Assembly (NCBI GenBank): GCA_000002435.2
Contig: CM018790.1
Reading direction: 5' to 3' (one strand)
Length of the DNA: 64,000 bases
From: Giardia intestinalis
Taxonomy: Eukaryota
Made by a program: the position numbers and the translations under genes. Positions 43,801 to 50,657 of this stretch are shown piece by piece (within the stretch, counting starts at the first letter, position 1; every line of letters begins with the position of its first letter). The notes under the pieces were generated by a model. It was not told the origin of the DNA. It was given only the letters and a program-made list of their open reading frames with translations, and made no database searches.

Positions 43801-46800
43801 AATGTCTGGTGCATATCTACTTTGCTGAATTATGTCACTGTAACCTTGGTAACGGAGAGGTAAGTGCCTTGTCGTTCTAAGACTAGAGGTGCGTGCGATG
43901 TAAGCGTGGATACCGTGTAAAACTGAGAGCTCTGGCTGTACCTTCTTGTTACCATGACCTATGCTGTTTAATATATTGGAGATTGTGTAAAGGGACTCTC
44001 GCAGCAGGGCTTCTGAGTTGACGGGAGTAATAATTACTGCGAAAGATTTGCTATTCCACGCAGTGCTGGTTCTATTTGCCACTTCTGTTGCCATATCATA
44101 GGAGAACTCCATAAGTATATTATGCAGCAGGTCATCAATGACCGCTAGCTGCTCTCTGGCTTCCATGTCGATTGAGGCGTTGTTGGTGATGCATAGCAGA
44201 ACGGAGAAGAGGTCGCTATCCTTTTCGAAGGCCTCTAGAAAGCTAGAGACAGACAAGGAGAGGACAGCTCTTGCATACTGATCTTTAGAGACTATGATCT
44301 CATTCGTTGATACTATGTGTGCTGTGCTTTCATCCAGGTTACCGTCCTTAGCTGTCCACGTGCTTGCCTCGCTTGGTTCTCGCACGGTTGGCTGGACGGT
44401 ACCAGTGGAAATCTCGGTCTGAGAAGGAAGAGTGCATCCTACTAACTCTGCCAGTGCCTTGTAGTGATGCTCACAAAGGTGCGGACTACGGACAAAATAC
44501 ATAATGGTAATAGGGAGTGCATATGCAACTATCATCTCCTGAGCATAGTCGACATATTCTGTCCACGATGCATATGTTAAAACTATTAGGTTGTCGTTCG
44601 TTTTTGTCTCAGGCTTCAACGTGGGTCCGACGCCCTTCAGCCTTTTTGCTTTATCGGTTAGAGGAACACTAGCAAGGGACATTATGTTTGCACTAGTTAA
44701 CGAGTTCACAGCATCACCGTCTTGTTCGGTTCCAATGGCAGCTAAGTTGTGACCTTCGATGGACCTGTTCTGAGAGCTCTGCGAAGGTTTCAAGATTGTT
44801 AGGTTTGAGCTTGGTATAGAAAAACTATGCTGATCTGGATTCGAAACCCTGTGCCGTATGACTTTGATAATATCTGCGGTTTGCTCCAGCAGGTGAAGTA
44901 AGGGTGAACTAGGATAGTCAGCAACTGCTACTGTAACCCCCTTTTCGTGCAATGCAACAAGGTCGGAGACATTGGCTACAACAGAGCAAAGCGGATGGCA
45001 TATAGAGAGTAACGTGTACGGGCTATATGTGCGATGTAGATCCTTACTAGGGTGCTTATTTGCGACGCCAGAGACTGAGTCCTGCCTTTTGTGTATATCC
45101 TGCCCTATGAAGCGCTTCCACTTATCAATGGAAGCCTGGATGATGCATATTTCTTGCAAGATAAAGCGCAGCTCAGCCAGAATTTGTATAATATTGAATT
45201 CCGTCTTGACCTTCTTCTTAATGATTGGGCGCCGATAAAACATTCCCTCTGTAAAGAGTGAATCGCTAGGCACCACCTTGTGAAGCTCAAGTCCCTGTCG
45301 CTTTAGCGTGCCGATGGTTCTAGAAAGTTTTAGTTCTGATGCCAGGAGCGCGTCTACTCCACTCACAGGCAAAGCCCTACTGCTGGGAACAGCTTCTTCA
45401 GATAGCTGGTCGGCCAGGGTATAAGATAGGGAATCCTCTTGGGCGTCCTTGTTCAGTTCGCCTCTGGCAGATGCAGATGCCGACACCGACGGATCGGTGG
45501 AAGGTGCGGCTACGGAAGGTTGTCCACTGGTTTGGCTATTCTTTAAAAGAAATGTGTAGTCGACGTTGCCCATGATGGCAACGTTTATGCCTCCTCCCTT
45601 CCCAAATAGCTCCTCCCTAGAATGATGCTTTGTACAAATCGGCAAGGCTGTTTTTAGTGCAAGGGATAATAAAAACTCTCTCTCGTACTCTAATATCTGT
45701 GCCTCAGTCACGTACAAGCTAGACGCATCAATGTCGGAGCTGTTAAGGCTCAGATCAAATTGCAGCATTGTTAGGTTAAAATCTGTCGATAGATAGGGGT
45801 TTTCCTGTTCAAATTCGGTGGCAGAATCGTGTGCAGCCTTCATTGAATGGTAGGTTAAGCAAAGCACCTCGGCGACGGAGTTAACCAGATGATTAGTTAT
45901 GGTCTGGAGGTGCTGTTCAGTTGAGCGAATGAAGCGACTATAAATAAACGCTCTGTGCACAAGGTCACTAGACGTGGATTGAGTCATGGAGATGATGTCC
46001 AATAGAAGAATCACCGAAGAAAAGAAATTAAAAGAAAGGATAGTGTCTCCAAGAGAAGGGTCTGTTTCATTGCATACCAGGAGAAACTCAACCACCTTTG
46101 AAGTATCATACTTAATCTCTCGTTGCTTGCAAACAGGCGCGTAGTTGGTTTCTCTAGTGCCGATAACGGTATCAGTCTGGGGACGCAAGTAGAATGGTGG
46201 CATGTTATCGGGTCCATAGATTGGCTGCTCCTGTCTATTAGATGGACTGACATAGTATGCTGCAAAGACCTGTGTGAGCTGCATAGCTTGATCATTTAGG
46301 ACACCCAGTGCTGCCTTACCTTCACGATAGGGAGGGGACTCGTTGGCAAGTGCAGACATCGCACGGAAGTCCCGGAATATACGCTCCACAAGGCTTGAGA
46401 CACTGTCAAGGATAGAGATAGACAAGCACGAGCTGCACTGCGTAACTATGGTGTGTATATAGTCAAAGACGCGTGCAAATGCAGATTTCAGCCTGCTCAT
46501 GGATAGATACTCCTTAACCTTGTCAATGTCTCTCAGCAGCTCTGGGTCTAGCATGAACGAAAAGAAGAGCGTGTGCAGTGCATGTATTTCTGAGGAGACA
46601 TAGTTAATGAAGTTGAGAAGGACAGAGATTGACCGGGATCTGATTGTGTTTTTCGTCTCATCGACAAGCTGGAGAAATTGATCCCGGATAATAGAGACGG
46701 CTATGCTTGCTGGACCAAAGTGAATCGCAGTTTCAAAAGGTTGTCTTCTGCTCTGTTGTGCAAAGTCCTTCAGAGGCATGGTGTCTCCTAGCTCCAGTGA

Positions 46801-49695
46801 TTGTGACTCTATAGGTTTCTGACTTCTCCCAGTGAGGTCAGTGCAAGGCTGGGGATCTACTACAACAGAAGGTAACTGCATGGTCTCGTGCTCTGACTGG
46901 CTTGGCTGCATGGACAGAAGAGCTGCCTGGATCTGGTCTAACTTACTGATAAAATCTCCCAGACACCGCATATCTGGAGGTGTGATAGAATCTGTTTCCT
47001 GAAAGATAATAAATTGCTGAATATCCTTTAGCCCAAGTTTCTCCTCTGGCGTATGAGGTTTCAGAGCCTCTAAAAGCTTGACAGATGCATTCGAAGACAT
47101 AAAGTTGAGGAACTCAGAAGAGAGCGTTGATATTTGATTGGTTATTCCGGTGAAATGAGTCACAACGTGCTCTAAAGGTGAAATAAGGAAGCGAGCCAAT
47201 GGTGTGGCGAGCACGCGCCGCATGTCTTCCGTGTCTGTAAGAAAGACACAGCGGTTGCTAGTATAGAATGCTAGAGCCTCATCACTTAGTGATGCCGTTA
47301 CAATCCTTATTACCTCGGTGTCTGTGGTGTCATTTGTCTGGCCCGAAGTGTCACTTGAAGCTTGATTGTTGGAGCCTTGCGATAACACTGACAGGGGTGA
47401 GCCTAGAGATGGGAAATCCTGGACGAATTCATAGGTCTTGTTCGCTAGTTTTTCCAGCGTCTTAAGCAGGCGTTTCTCCTGCAACTGGTGAGAGCAAAAG
47501 TCTGCTATCTGAAGATCTTTCTTAGTTGTGCTATCATAGAATAGGTATGGACAAAAAAAAGAGAGGAGAAGGCGCATATACTCGACTGGTTGAAAGTGTG
47601 CCCTGATAGTCTGGATAGAGGAGTCGAAAAGTACACTCTGCGAAGCCAGGTTGTACAAAAGGGACAATCGCATCGGCCGCGTAATGCGGAGACGCGGCTC
47701 AAACGAAAAGTATTGCATAAAGTCCGGGGATCTGTTGAATAAGAGATCAGGATTGAAAGAGAGCTTCTTAGATAGTTCAACTAGATTAAGGTAATAATCT
47801 GTGCAGCCATGAACGTCTAATAGGCGTGTCAATGTCTGTGAATACACTAGGATGGCAATTGTGTATATGGCAGATAGGCTGTGGGATGTTTGAGGGTCTT
47901 TGAAAACCATTGTTGTAGCTTTACGAGTGGGAACTGTAGTTGGGATAGATGTTCTTATGCTTGTGCCCAAGATAGCAGGCTTTGATGGCATCGTGGAGAC
48001 CTCGAACGAAGCCTTGCTGGGCTGCTCAGTGGATGGAAGCCTCTGATCCTCTAAAGTCGGTTGTTGGTATCTTGTTATAGATGCATAGACCTCTGGGGTA
48101 TTGAGTGGAGCAACCGTGATTCGTCTTGCTCCCAAGAGAGCGTAGTGAATCGCCTCTAGTAACTCGTGCTTATCGCGCTCCTGTGCCAGATCGACGAGCT
48201 TGGAGATCCGCTCGGGAGAAAAGTCTCCGCCAACTCCCAACATCTCAACAAGAGCTTGACTGGACGCCCCCATGAGAGCGTTAGATGAGTGCAAACGTTG
48301 AGTGGTAGCGAAGCTTTCTTCTCGCCTTTTAGACTTGAGTGAAAACGATGCCCTACTGAAATCTGGAACAGGGTGTCCAGTCCCAACTGATGTAACAGCA
48401 GCAGACAGAGAGCTCTCGGATGTGTCAGTGTCAGTATCAGTATCAGACAATTCCTTATCAACTGGAATCAGCTCAGTTGCTGAGCAGGAAAGTACGTTAT
48501 CAGGATCCTCCTCAGCAAGGCGCTGTTCAGCTCTTAAGAGTTGCATTATTCTAGAAGAAGTATATGTCCTAAGCCGAAGCGTTACATGCACACAAAACAG
48601 GAAGAGTCCAAATGGAAGTAATGCACGCACGAAAAGCTCAACGGTAGAAATATAGGGCTCTCCAGAGAGAAGGCTTACAGCTGCGCACATATTCTTATGA
48701 TAGTCCTCTAGTTTGTCTATTCTGATCTTTAAATGCTTTGTTCGCTCCTCGGCGTCTGCGATATCAACAAGGAACTGCTGAAAGCAGGACAAACATAGCG
48801 AAAATCTAGATAGGAGTTCTGTGGATGGAACAGGCTGCTGCTGGTGAAATAGATCTGCATGCAAGTTGGCCAACGATGTTAGAAGAAACAGACTCATTGT
48901 GTAGGTAGGCAGAAACCGAAGCTCATGGGAGAGGTATGTTTGCAACAGTTTAAACCGCTTTCTGCGTAGCTCGAAAGCCTGCTCTTGGATGCTATCTGCT
49001 CTGAATCTTTCTTTAGAAACGATTTTATCCATAAGAGTAAGATCGTACATAGGGTTACTAGGAAAGTAGAAATATCGATTGGCATATACCATCTGGGCCG
49101 TTTGGTAATTAATCTTGATATCCTCAAGAACGTGTTCTCGGTCAGGCAACATTCTCGGTAGGTGTTGCATGATGCTTGCAAACATGCGTTTCGTAAGTTT
49201 AAAAGGTTTGTAACTGGACGGAACGATTGTACTTAGGGCTGTCGGTGCTAGATACAGAGTAGCAAAAGAGGCAATTCTGTCACGCTCGTCCGTCAAGATG
49301 GTCGGAGCTGCCTTAATCGCGTCCTGTCCATGTGTCTTGGTATTTTCAGAATTATCATTAGCTTGTGAGATTTGATAAAGCAATTGGTCATAGAGCTCGG
49401 AATCATAGATCGCTCGCACCTGGTGAAGGGGCACAGACGTTGTTATCGCCAAGGTGGGGGAGAGATAAACAAGCGCTGTTGCCCTTCCGTGTCGATATTG
49501 GATGTCTCGTATCTTTGCATAGAATGTGCATGGCCCGTGGGTAAAGTAGAGGGCGTTTTCATCCAAAGTGGATCCTAAATAAACAAGCGCGTTAGCATCC
49601 CCTGGCTGGGGTGGCTGATCATCTGGCCGGTCCGGGGCCTTGTCTGTGGTGCCTATGTGCGGCTGAAGGCAGTCCAGGACCCAGGATCTGCGCAT
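28876..49695 (-). CDS. Giant hypothetical protein (about 6,939 aa, single uninterrupted ORF) with one P-loop (Walker A-like) motif and several acidic Ser/Asp-rich low-complexity tracts; function unknown
   Basis: A 20.8 kb ORF cannot arise by chance. The track start at 49704 is TTG; the first ATG is at 49695-49693 (AT-rich upstream). GQRGSGKSRLIDMARLL is the only nucleotide-binding-like motif I see. No dynein, midasin or VPS13 signatures recognised. Confidence 0.8.
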   Translation of the reverse strand: MRRSWVLDCLQPHIGTTDKAPDRPDDQPPQPGDANALVYLGSTLDENALYFTHGPCTFYAKIRDIQYRHGRATALVYLSPTLAITTSVPLHQVRAIYDSELYDQLLYQISQANDNSENTKTHGQDAIKAAPTILTDERDRIASFATLYLAPTALSTIVPSSYKPFKLTKRMFASIMQHLPRMLPDREHVLEDIKINYQTAQMVYANRYFYFPSNPMYDLTLMDKIVSKERFRADSIQEQAFELRRKRFKLLQTYLSHELRFLPTYTMSLFLLTSLANLHADLFHQQQPVPSTELLSRFSLCLSCFQQFLVDIADAEERTKHLKIRIDKLEDYHKNMCAAVSLLSGEPYISTVELFVRALLPFGLFLFCVHVTLRLRTYTSSRIMQLLRAEQRLAEEDPDNVLSCSATELIPVDKELSDTDTDTDTSESSLSAAVTSVGTGHPVPDFSRASFSLKSKRREESFATTQRLHSSNALMGASSQALVEMLGVGGDFSPERISKLVDLAQERDKHELLEAIHYALLGARRITVAPLNTPEVYASITRYQQPTLEDQRLPSTEQPSKASFEVSTMPSKPAILGTSIRTSIPTTVPTRKATTMVFKDPQTSHSLSAIYTIAILVYSQTLTRLLDVHGCTDYYLNLVELSKKLSFNPDLLFNRSPDFMQYFSFEPRLRITRPMRLSLLYNLASQSVLFDSSIQTIRAHFQPVEYMRLLLSFFCPYLFYDSTTKKDLQIADFCSHQLQEKRLLKTLEKLANKTYEFVQDFPSLGSPLSVLSQGSNNQASSDTSGQTNDTTDTEVIRIVTASLSDEALAFYTSNRCVFLTDTEDMRRVLATPLARFLISPLEHVVTHFTGITNQISTLSSEFLNFMSSNASVKLLEALKPHTPEEKLGLKDIQQFIIFQETDSITPPDMRCLGDFISKLDQIQAALLSMQPSQSEHETMQLPSVVVDPQPCTDLTGRSQKPIESQSLELGDTMPLKDFAQQSRRQPFETAIHFGPASIAVSIIRDQFLQLVDETKNTIRSRSISVLLNFINYVSSEIHALHTLFFSFMLDPELLRDIDKVKEYLSMSRLKSAFARVFDYIHTIVTQCSSCLSISILDSVSSLVERIFRDFRAMSALANESPPYREGKAALGVLNDQAMQLTQVFAAYYVSPSNRQEQPIYGPDNMPPFYLRPQTDTVIGTRETNYAPVCKQREIKYDTSKVVEFLLVCNETDPSLGDTILSFNFFSSVILLLDIISMTQSTSSDLVHRAFIYSRFIRSTEQHLQTITNHLVNSVAEVLCLTYHSMKAAHDSATEFEQENPYLSTDFNLTMLQFDLSLNSSDIDASSLYVTEAQILEYEREFLLSLALKTALPICTKHHSREELFGKGGGINVAIMGNVDYTFLLKNSQTSGQPSVAAPSTDPSVSASASARGELNKDAQEDSLSYTLADQLSEEAVPSSRALPVSGVDALLASELKLSRTIGTLKRQGLELHKVVPSDSLFTEGMFYRRPIIKKKVKTEFNIIQILAELRFILQEICIIQASIDKWKRFIGQDIHKRQDSVSGVANKHPSKDLHRTYSPYTLLSICHPLCSVVANVSDLVALHEKGVTVAVADYPSSPLLHLLEQTADIIKVIRHRVSNPDQHSFSIPSSNLTILKPSQSSQNRSIEGHNLAAIGTEQDGDAVNSLTSANIMSLASVPLTDKAKRLKGVGPTLKPETKTNDNLIVLTYASWTEYVDYAQEMIVAYALPITIMYFVRSPHLCEHHYKALAELVGCTLPSQTEISTGTVQPTVREPSEASTWTAKDGNLDESTAHIVSTNEIIVSKDQYARAVLSLSVSSFLEAFEKDSDLFSVLLCITNNASIDMEAREQLAVIDDLLHNILMEFSYDMATEVANRTSTAWNSKSFAVIITPVNSEALLRESLYTISNILNSIGHGNKKVQPELSVLHGIHAYIARTSSLRTTRHLPLRYQGYSDIIQQSRYAPDIEVLARYLECGAWLMLYVYKALFRITHIIYALLCVTKYGICISLSKNTRTYTTISTQHGEKLAPFLTDDGLAVTFISQEDLCTFKELFSQWKELAMKYLSKPFTPLFSIIFDRTFNEAVTTLCKRLNRIYDKVISVRDHGILTNLRKINASINPSMEVPLWYEVATSNPQIRSKVCQRVVPLIDDHYHPSSLFFCNTPILYCGEFLIRRNCFKAVQSLHFEVLSGVDGFVLLPQRPPLVDATHSGDIQETNMPLRELTALESSDEVLELLEPIELPKGVFLVSDKIIRNIAPALMKNISKAWEEFNHQIQRYEKILATELNKLRQERMVPDTATKQKTDSVSFKLNSLSKRMQEKVGGQIGSDDSSSSDDTNAIEKSLREQDTSNTTSQPDERSRSDDYKGFLENDPHLIAISESDPDSSNQSATQPQQLTAPQVLHTLTPHDIIGVQIQCCSIFDNFFSNFLFRSTIIVLSSYIRLVYSKEISDAFAGKHTKESMMPLLNLLKNFGKAIEMEVICSHKPTIHKKAIVAKLHEWFDLLTECKRIFMSTKGMQLLSASVHFPFVYFQPGANKIFITSEHGTYSFEASQQWLGAATILDTTLKLNPRQLGLLNKIFSAISERMIIFLVCSSEKGHSNTELYLITTALSRYLFMRVIYCPFSEYTFAANLQRLSSAVANGCLAIVVGIEYLPSWQLLQLCTLANDLRVKQGALPGLVVMDKDTGVARGATMSDFPNLGFIVFFLPELSPISCMEDVFYVDPINTTTTSMDMLLPVLGQTSFTNESNYLANNVTDYYSSSYAASERLDLVVAPFRIRRVISLEIESPDALYLRLSPEYGRAFYEISVFLRQFSGLTYKFVAGDIPMVYTHVKERTDALCMAAVTLDMIMRQTLSFILHPMTNDNLVEVYCRIISSAFGLDKTSTVQLYKLSKAYWDFIKASLFSLNLLHDHSSDGKLGLAMGYNASTAVQSVVHARSTFAKYFSEHLSKYLAPRLLNYVTLFGQMHQLAPQFVIDIIFANELLKSGRPLLAVVPQSSYIRAYTAVLTSVKHWDVSYVTDSRSLRAALKRLTYGDSAMSSESLLEPIPGKVAGEQEKARKSEHLIVVAPPTSHALLRMFDQLFGASLHYPIILDEFGCTYYQFDIGRGPYFMICVTISMLQDFGPLIDLFTHRVVLLPSIEGSDGCRKILHGSLFIDTPHLRFIAKMNVDLWKSELKRRKVESRDALFLLQGLESLMATASKQTTYMTRVIQRIAVLPTFINSIIGFLYDTMAHVFNCGRSVDEVFLIRSMFYFFLLRFNVVTILRKPLPSQFLLKSLEYSQAARGETPQAMKNRVSEIAKHKAYEDGCSPMAFTGTFAFTLVSHVRECVEVLMRLKEALAKQQPGSVIPSLPEPFGMTLDQRAQILTFLDTIGVTIPKEILATTNIYSCSSSSSRLLKKAICGPESSGVKTAQAIAKQALVQKQHMQRLHRAFYSSFTSTSHTILADEVWPFLDVAGFSLQEIQELDDHVKQKSSGTTNLTSIINTALLMNAERDVLQLGMGFCGSLAYELSSSFMLEAVFSPETHAEAFTNLVVPLVIAFWNACSLFVTTYDDGKNKVSKGTTNYARWLGKKYDALTTEFQSIEKLTQAMYCGVSPFVTLLLLEANSPLVHPGLLKHYDTLYRLDLGALNHGLSSEVIISNFRTFSKKVVALLPKEFPVNMSSSTTQNYNPGTIANSCFSYIDFTYGLGQNKKAVSYKKYLCKAEFRLYEIGHGIMKRIHEFRDRTFVEKSIDMITTRLVERKKHNLAVAKRKATEEHAKIIHAKEDALFTKLVTTTASKTQQSAAAQDSSKPLRLIKPANVDFYMSSSDEEELVTDKTLSKDKEQEESDSSESNDTADNLEQAKKAMNLELTKLSKLSRNERTAIDLELHDYDKGESVSVQCSNPTITVFSPHHCAIIVALGCAMLSPITVALIGQRGSGKSRLIDMARLLFRDLLAPDTFLLNDVQTSNSVHAIASSLSSRCLQRNYLTAASSRRKNAYIGKNTSPNTVLEYCDTLCFPSLHFHCSDIDPAASINGHFALLLRDHMLLLDANAEVPHPIYLDMPYDLKTGAISLSDMSIIVECTADHNLTSYCGLQIEVPPCTEAYLNGLCKRIFPHQTDSWISQYVSGYFLVRGSLPNSISETYAVFSNMYQNFVMTMNSLTVVPDKMMLHIREEEESVRADNCIDKEECSPTMIIKYNNDQLLLRASLHSLFSSLRSMAQMDAQFMDAVIERFASLSFLGYLDTDEEYVESVGKAVAQRRAEKLKKAKASKSPRLKASKKEEGSGNRSEQVKKMHPTVLKKSEGPWSDVKLMLISNFAFYPAWEAFIINHGIRLGHKSLASHRFMGMTSMSMKTTPFVKENTLLMASTLNSVLCQVDGIHVNASELIALSYATINAFWFGHFLLLASRLPIYDPYMLSRVFHLYVTIETEKEMNMARFVSMINNFAPRPATSSLSDFYDYDPFHGTRIYLANRAAPYAGKIHIHVQNTIAMRTGKQPTYVDQDVREYLSAICDAETRSWRRLLRKQTASLVISPSATVEEEISQRISFQAKPKVNPNKAAMFPGFSLAAMMCLRPAKYTINIANGTLQSYAEILSQLVALSNCQKFTVSSFGSIYNSSTQQRVLLDAASVIVSSDPLNQYFVDLLHKVNADMREYEFLLLLLMIRTAMALALGIKPEALYPDTVSPLNPSTGLSFKSALETCLPSRTIGTGRAYSLLPPAINEWSGLRGKPHQIIAREKREKAQDFLLPSAHDVTVIAPKSALGRVGAAGISVYQLLTRTLEPLNAAEGIFSSEEMGVICSLVPQSYGLNLTCDRRMLASFLSINLAVIIVDDLPVGPAVYLGSDSSAYVKPQLYSESLRVPVLNSIKSPAIEMINDIETGLESFRMQGVSINEEHMHDMQQLLLGNSNIKAKQEEYKMNLIRYSFADIVSICNISRCTFPNEPPAHIFRKGNNHRTEFLAAFKHTFAAATISIYKFASRFTSVPTVSLMRFTALASQLTNAIYQRIGSFFEYIDILTNALFFYEYLSAPSKTKHKIIEITKLTVPVMVRIVENAVSSVERHTGTTRLVQKGFISRNHNIQTAVAEAVIMRDFLHSLLHLIKREIMVMEAVVQTAHIDALLCSAYMLFSETDRLSEDKCLQCLINGECGDLSPYLQDLLAACQKHTENNSLSPFTVAMVSILNNNGIPVHIHRFDKTMDELLKDPMMISITAETTGKSFFLNHIIRVMAIDFPTYIILKVLNVEWKPTDPARQTLDCVALSDMINSCVHVVPSHLGLSAAYLLEGIHRSKRKRTGYLQALNSSLNGLEDDKSMELIDEISKNIIKLDLLLPPEEFSRELDIAIQKNMQRFSEARDVAPGTEQWYKYKYLILNYGAPNANGANISLLRKLYINRNVNNGNNSVVFSLYPGTDFTTACMRVGMLTQTTLDMFSCSCPCSIIARKEVDTIDLAEYPTENAHKISCILIESIFGENSAGRSSDECTRVGNAAISQLLVGLSLSVKNYLLTFLASCSDMQALRTIASTPAESSHQHSQSLSYCLKQDSPLKSNQEKALTTIFSLGRDIAFSAVGKYALIDTLIKKDIDKPDIDKEINIICLQRTIVDTLGTSIAMKLGRSLSLVAEIMWRYAQVHTPSVILADDNFMPDLHLRIKRAVASYTEMLIKGNAAKPGALTPEQLKAQGLMSMRESYPFIYAMKQNPAAITSFLAACILPYINERVFRLFEPRIAAGVMTSLSIFFIANLNVFEQDLMNKHSTSMERSLGITVIGKNSYPDFIKMISIQQLANCFLVNSRFPLTKIYTRSQIKAITNFEHVTELIPEICSISPRITYAWLVVTVLARYNTIIAESLPWFAQHHSSFVALALTENPFLAIMAFYAQKNPKFEWKGPHAEWLKAQIYQEAAKKHTIINLPPNFLEPSGSVIFAVYCISVALRPHTIAYASNACICFMNSLVGNSSAYLYQNSTSNAYFGATGIVYSQETAAFVARAGSKDSSMGPLSIASTSKLKKQALSAKIAEGFADLVALCSENPEFFVFSEKLLSDGIYSLSELCEVSIKQLAYFKEMASQNIELTSRAPLIVDIIFYDSCVAIEILLEYALNLAQIGLPSVPAPIRFVRDPTLNDLKNSIIVVSVETALLGYTMIDSLTRMLAQKETLYRSDITYPLFVLIPSSLTPHNIFVPGKVGGLDGDPSLQYETAMSISKLIAVAKPNFFYLRSPSTLVGGFTHTICLSIAVVGNIMLKVLGGKTIRSLNKSIHFSISLRGLSLLCLKQAFLFTRDTIAASDYEVVNVIGSCILKALSTAKHQQIDTRNFGQVAMLDSAYFTYNLDLTKSVFDSQYLSKLNEYMSQLLFARHDAIQKVLLTRLVTTEIELYDKTLMRQLKEKMKAKKNDEKIEKEQEESSSYSSDGDETSDMNSMANSAKSSMFDGDSLSEHLSESRSFRSSKSNRYSSSRSSVSGISEALDDFDDSVSQTPSSVSKMSGTSVQSTTLFRMADGGVTFMPEEDNIYNFFLMGVQMTSNNLDPSKPVYVDSIEKSVLGIMQPRRRTVVTVDAPNMIHKKLERYEKHLAVSSADGAVARNIERGGSAEETSSSQKIGTDGHVIKDDSLSLLLELATRNGEAPKKENIKHYLVIPTHVAKMPDLMSIYAQLVQYDTMRHVFFDEQGVTQKDKECLLASLGQQNLNTAYRLIFSSHFLTDTICRFLSIERKSKMVYQISDMKAMPQIFKTYLINLNNYSAIKFGYPGVLLSGDVLLNGLLPSTFSTSALKMITGQYGFGSFMDHWIVSGAVYYKVLGDILNYLRVISSIMTTSPLVRQKVIVLLKKPTTMPRILEDGSIFIDKNTTNPRPVFYILIRNMELLGVSYDPVLDTICDISPEKGQGFSNCFDLYACCTIIDDAMGKKEPSLNKRHMRLPKNIVPVPLKIGGYCAPIVYIPNKTEIPSEEWKSRHPCFVAKVL
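48421..48450 (-). repeat. Imperfect hexanucleotide tandem repeat (GTCAGT/GTATCA x5) encoding (DT)n inside the giant gene
   Basis: tgtgtcagtgtcagtatcagtatcagacaa on the + strand translates on the minus strand to DTDTDTDTDT, followed by SESS. Confidence 0.6.
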
Positions 49696-49829
49696 ATAGA
49701 ACAATGATTTTGTTATTTACTTTCACCCCCTTCACTTCTAGCTCCTTCACCTCTAGCTCCCCTCGTGCCCGTTGGATTCAGCATTCCACTCGCGCAGTTA
49801 TGAAACACCTTAATAAGCCTGTGGCTACG

Positions 49830-50657
49830 CTAGTCATCAACATCCTCGAACATGGTAGTGCAGATCTCAGTCATCCACGCCTCTAAATAGGTGCCGGTGA
49901 ATGCACCAACATACGGGTACCAGGTGTTCTGATAGAACATGAAGAGACTGGGGTACGCCTTTATGCCCATCTGATTGCACCATGGCTGGAGCCGAGACTC
50001 TGAAGAGGGGTCATAGCAGTCATAGACCAGATATGTCGCCCGGTTTGAGTTTGTGGTGGCTGCTTGCTTGTAAAAGTACCATATCTCTGCAGTGCGTGAC
50101 TCCACTTGCGGATCACTAGAATCTAATAAGAGTAGGACGGGCGGGTGAAATGTAGGGTCAGTAGGTGGGACCGAAACACCTGCAGCGAGCTTCCTACGTG
50201 AAGCACGGACTGCTGGAAGCATTTTCTTTTGCATTCGTGCATAGATCTCTGGGATTTGATCAACGTTGGTAACATTGCGCACCATTGATGAATACCCCAT
50301 GTTGAAATTACTATAGTAGAAGTTCAGGGCATTGAAGTAGCTAAACGAATAGGGCATACGTTCTGCCCGGCCTTCTTCCCGGAAGAAAATGAAGAAGATC
50401 GGCTCAAAGTGCTCCTCTCCCATGAAGATGTCTTCATTGCCGTGAACCTGCCTATCTACGAGGTACAATCTGTCCACTTCGTCACCAATGCGAAGCATCT
50501 CGTCCCATTGTTTTGGTGTGACTCGATCGCCATCAAATAAAATAACACAAAGATCGTTTTTGTCTTCTATAGCCATGGCGATAGTAGCATTGTATGCTTG
50601 GGAAAATGCGCCTGCAAGGAGAGATATGAGGAAGACAATGTGAGAAGAAATCCCCAT
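49830..50657 (-). CDS. Hypothetical secreted / ER-lumenal protein with an N-terminal signal peptide (275 aa)
   Basis: Begins MGISSHIVFLISLLAGAFSQAY, a hydrophobic h-region followed by a probable cleavage site. True ATG with AT-rich upstream. No CXXC motif, so not a classical PDI. Confidence 0.55.
   Translation of the reverse strand: MGISSHIVFLISLLAGAFSQAYNATIAMAIEDKNDLCVILFDGDRVTPKQWDEMLRIGDEVDRLYLVDRQVHGNEDIFMGEEHFEPIFFIFFREEGRAERMPYSFSYFNALNFYYSNFNMGYSSMVRNVTNVDQIPEIYARMQKKMLPAVRASRRKLAAGVSVPPTDPTFHPPVLLLLDSSDPQVESRTAEIWYFYKQAATTNSNRATYLVYDCYDPSSESRLQPWCNQMGIKAYPSLFMFYQNTWYPYVGAFTGTYLEAWMTEICTTMFEDVDD

Noticed and set aside
28903-49578. Numerous 60-150-aa ORFs on both strands inside the giant gene (for example 33641..34075, 41122..41574, 48302..48655)
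   Set aside because: All lie within, or antisense to, the single 20.8 kb reading frame. They are short and have no start-codon context or motifs.
7284-49704. Track start coordinates for several ORFs (7284..8600, 23244.., 28876..49704, 19838..20215, 4418..5182)
   Set aside because: Checking the DNA shows that these "M" residues are GTG or TTG, because the ORF caller allows alternative starts. For a eukaryote I moved the starts to the first in-frame ATG (8585, 23253 and 49695), and I do not treat the GTG- or TTG-initiated ORFs as evidence of genes.
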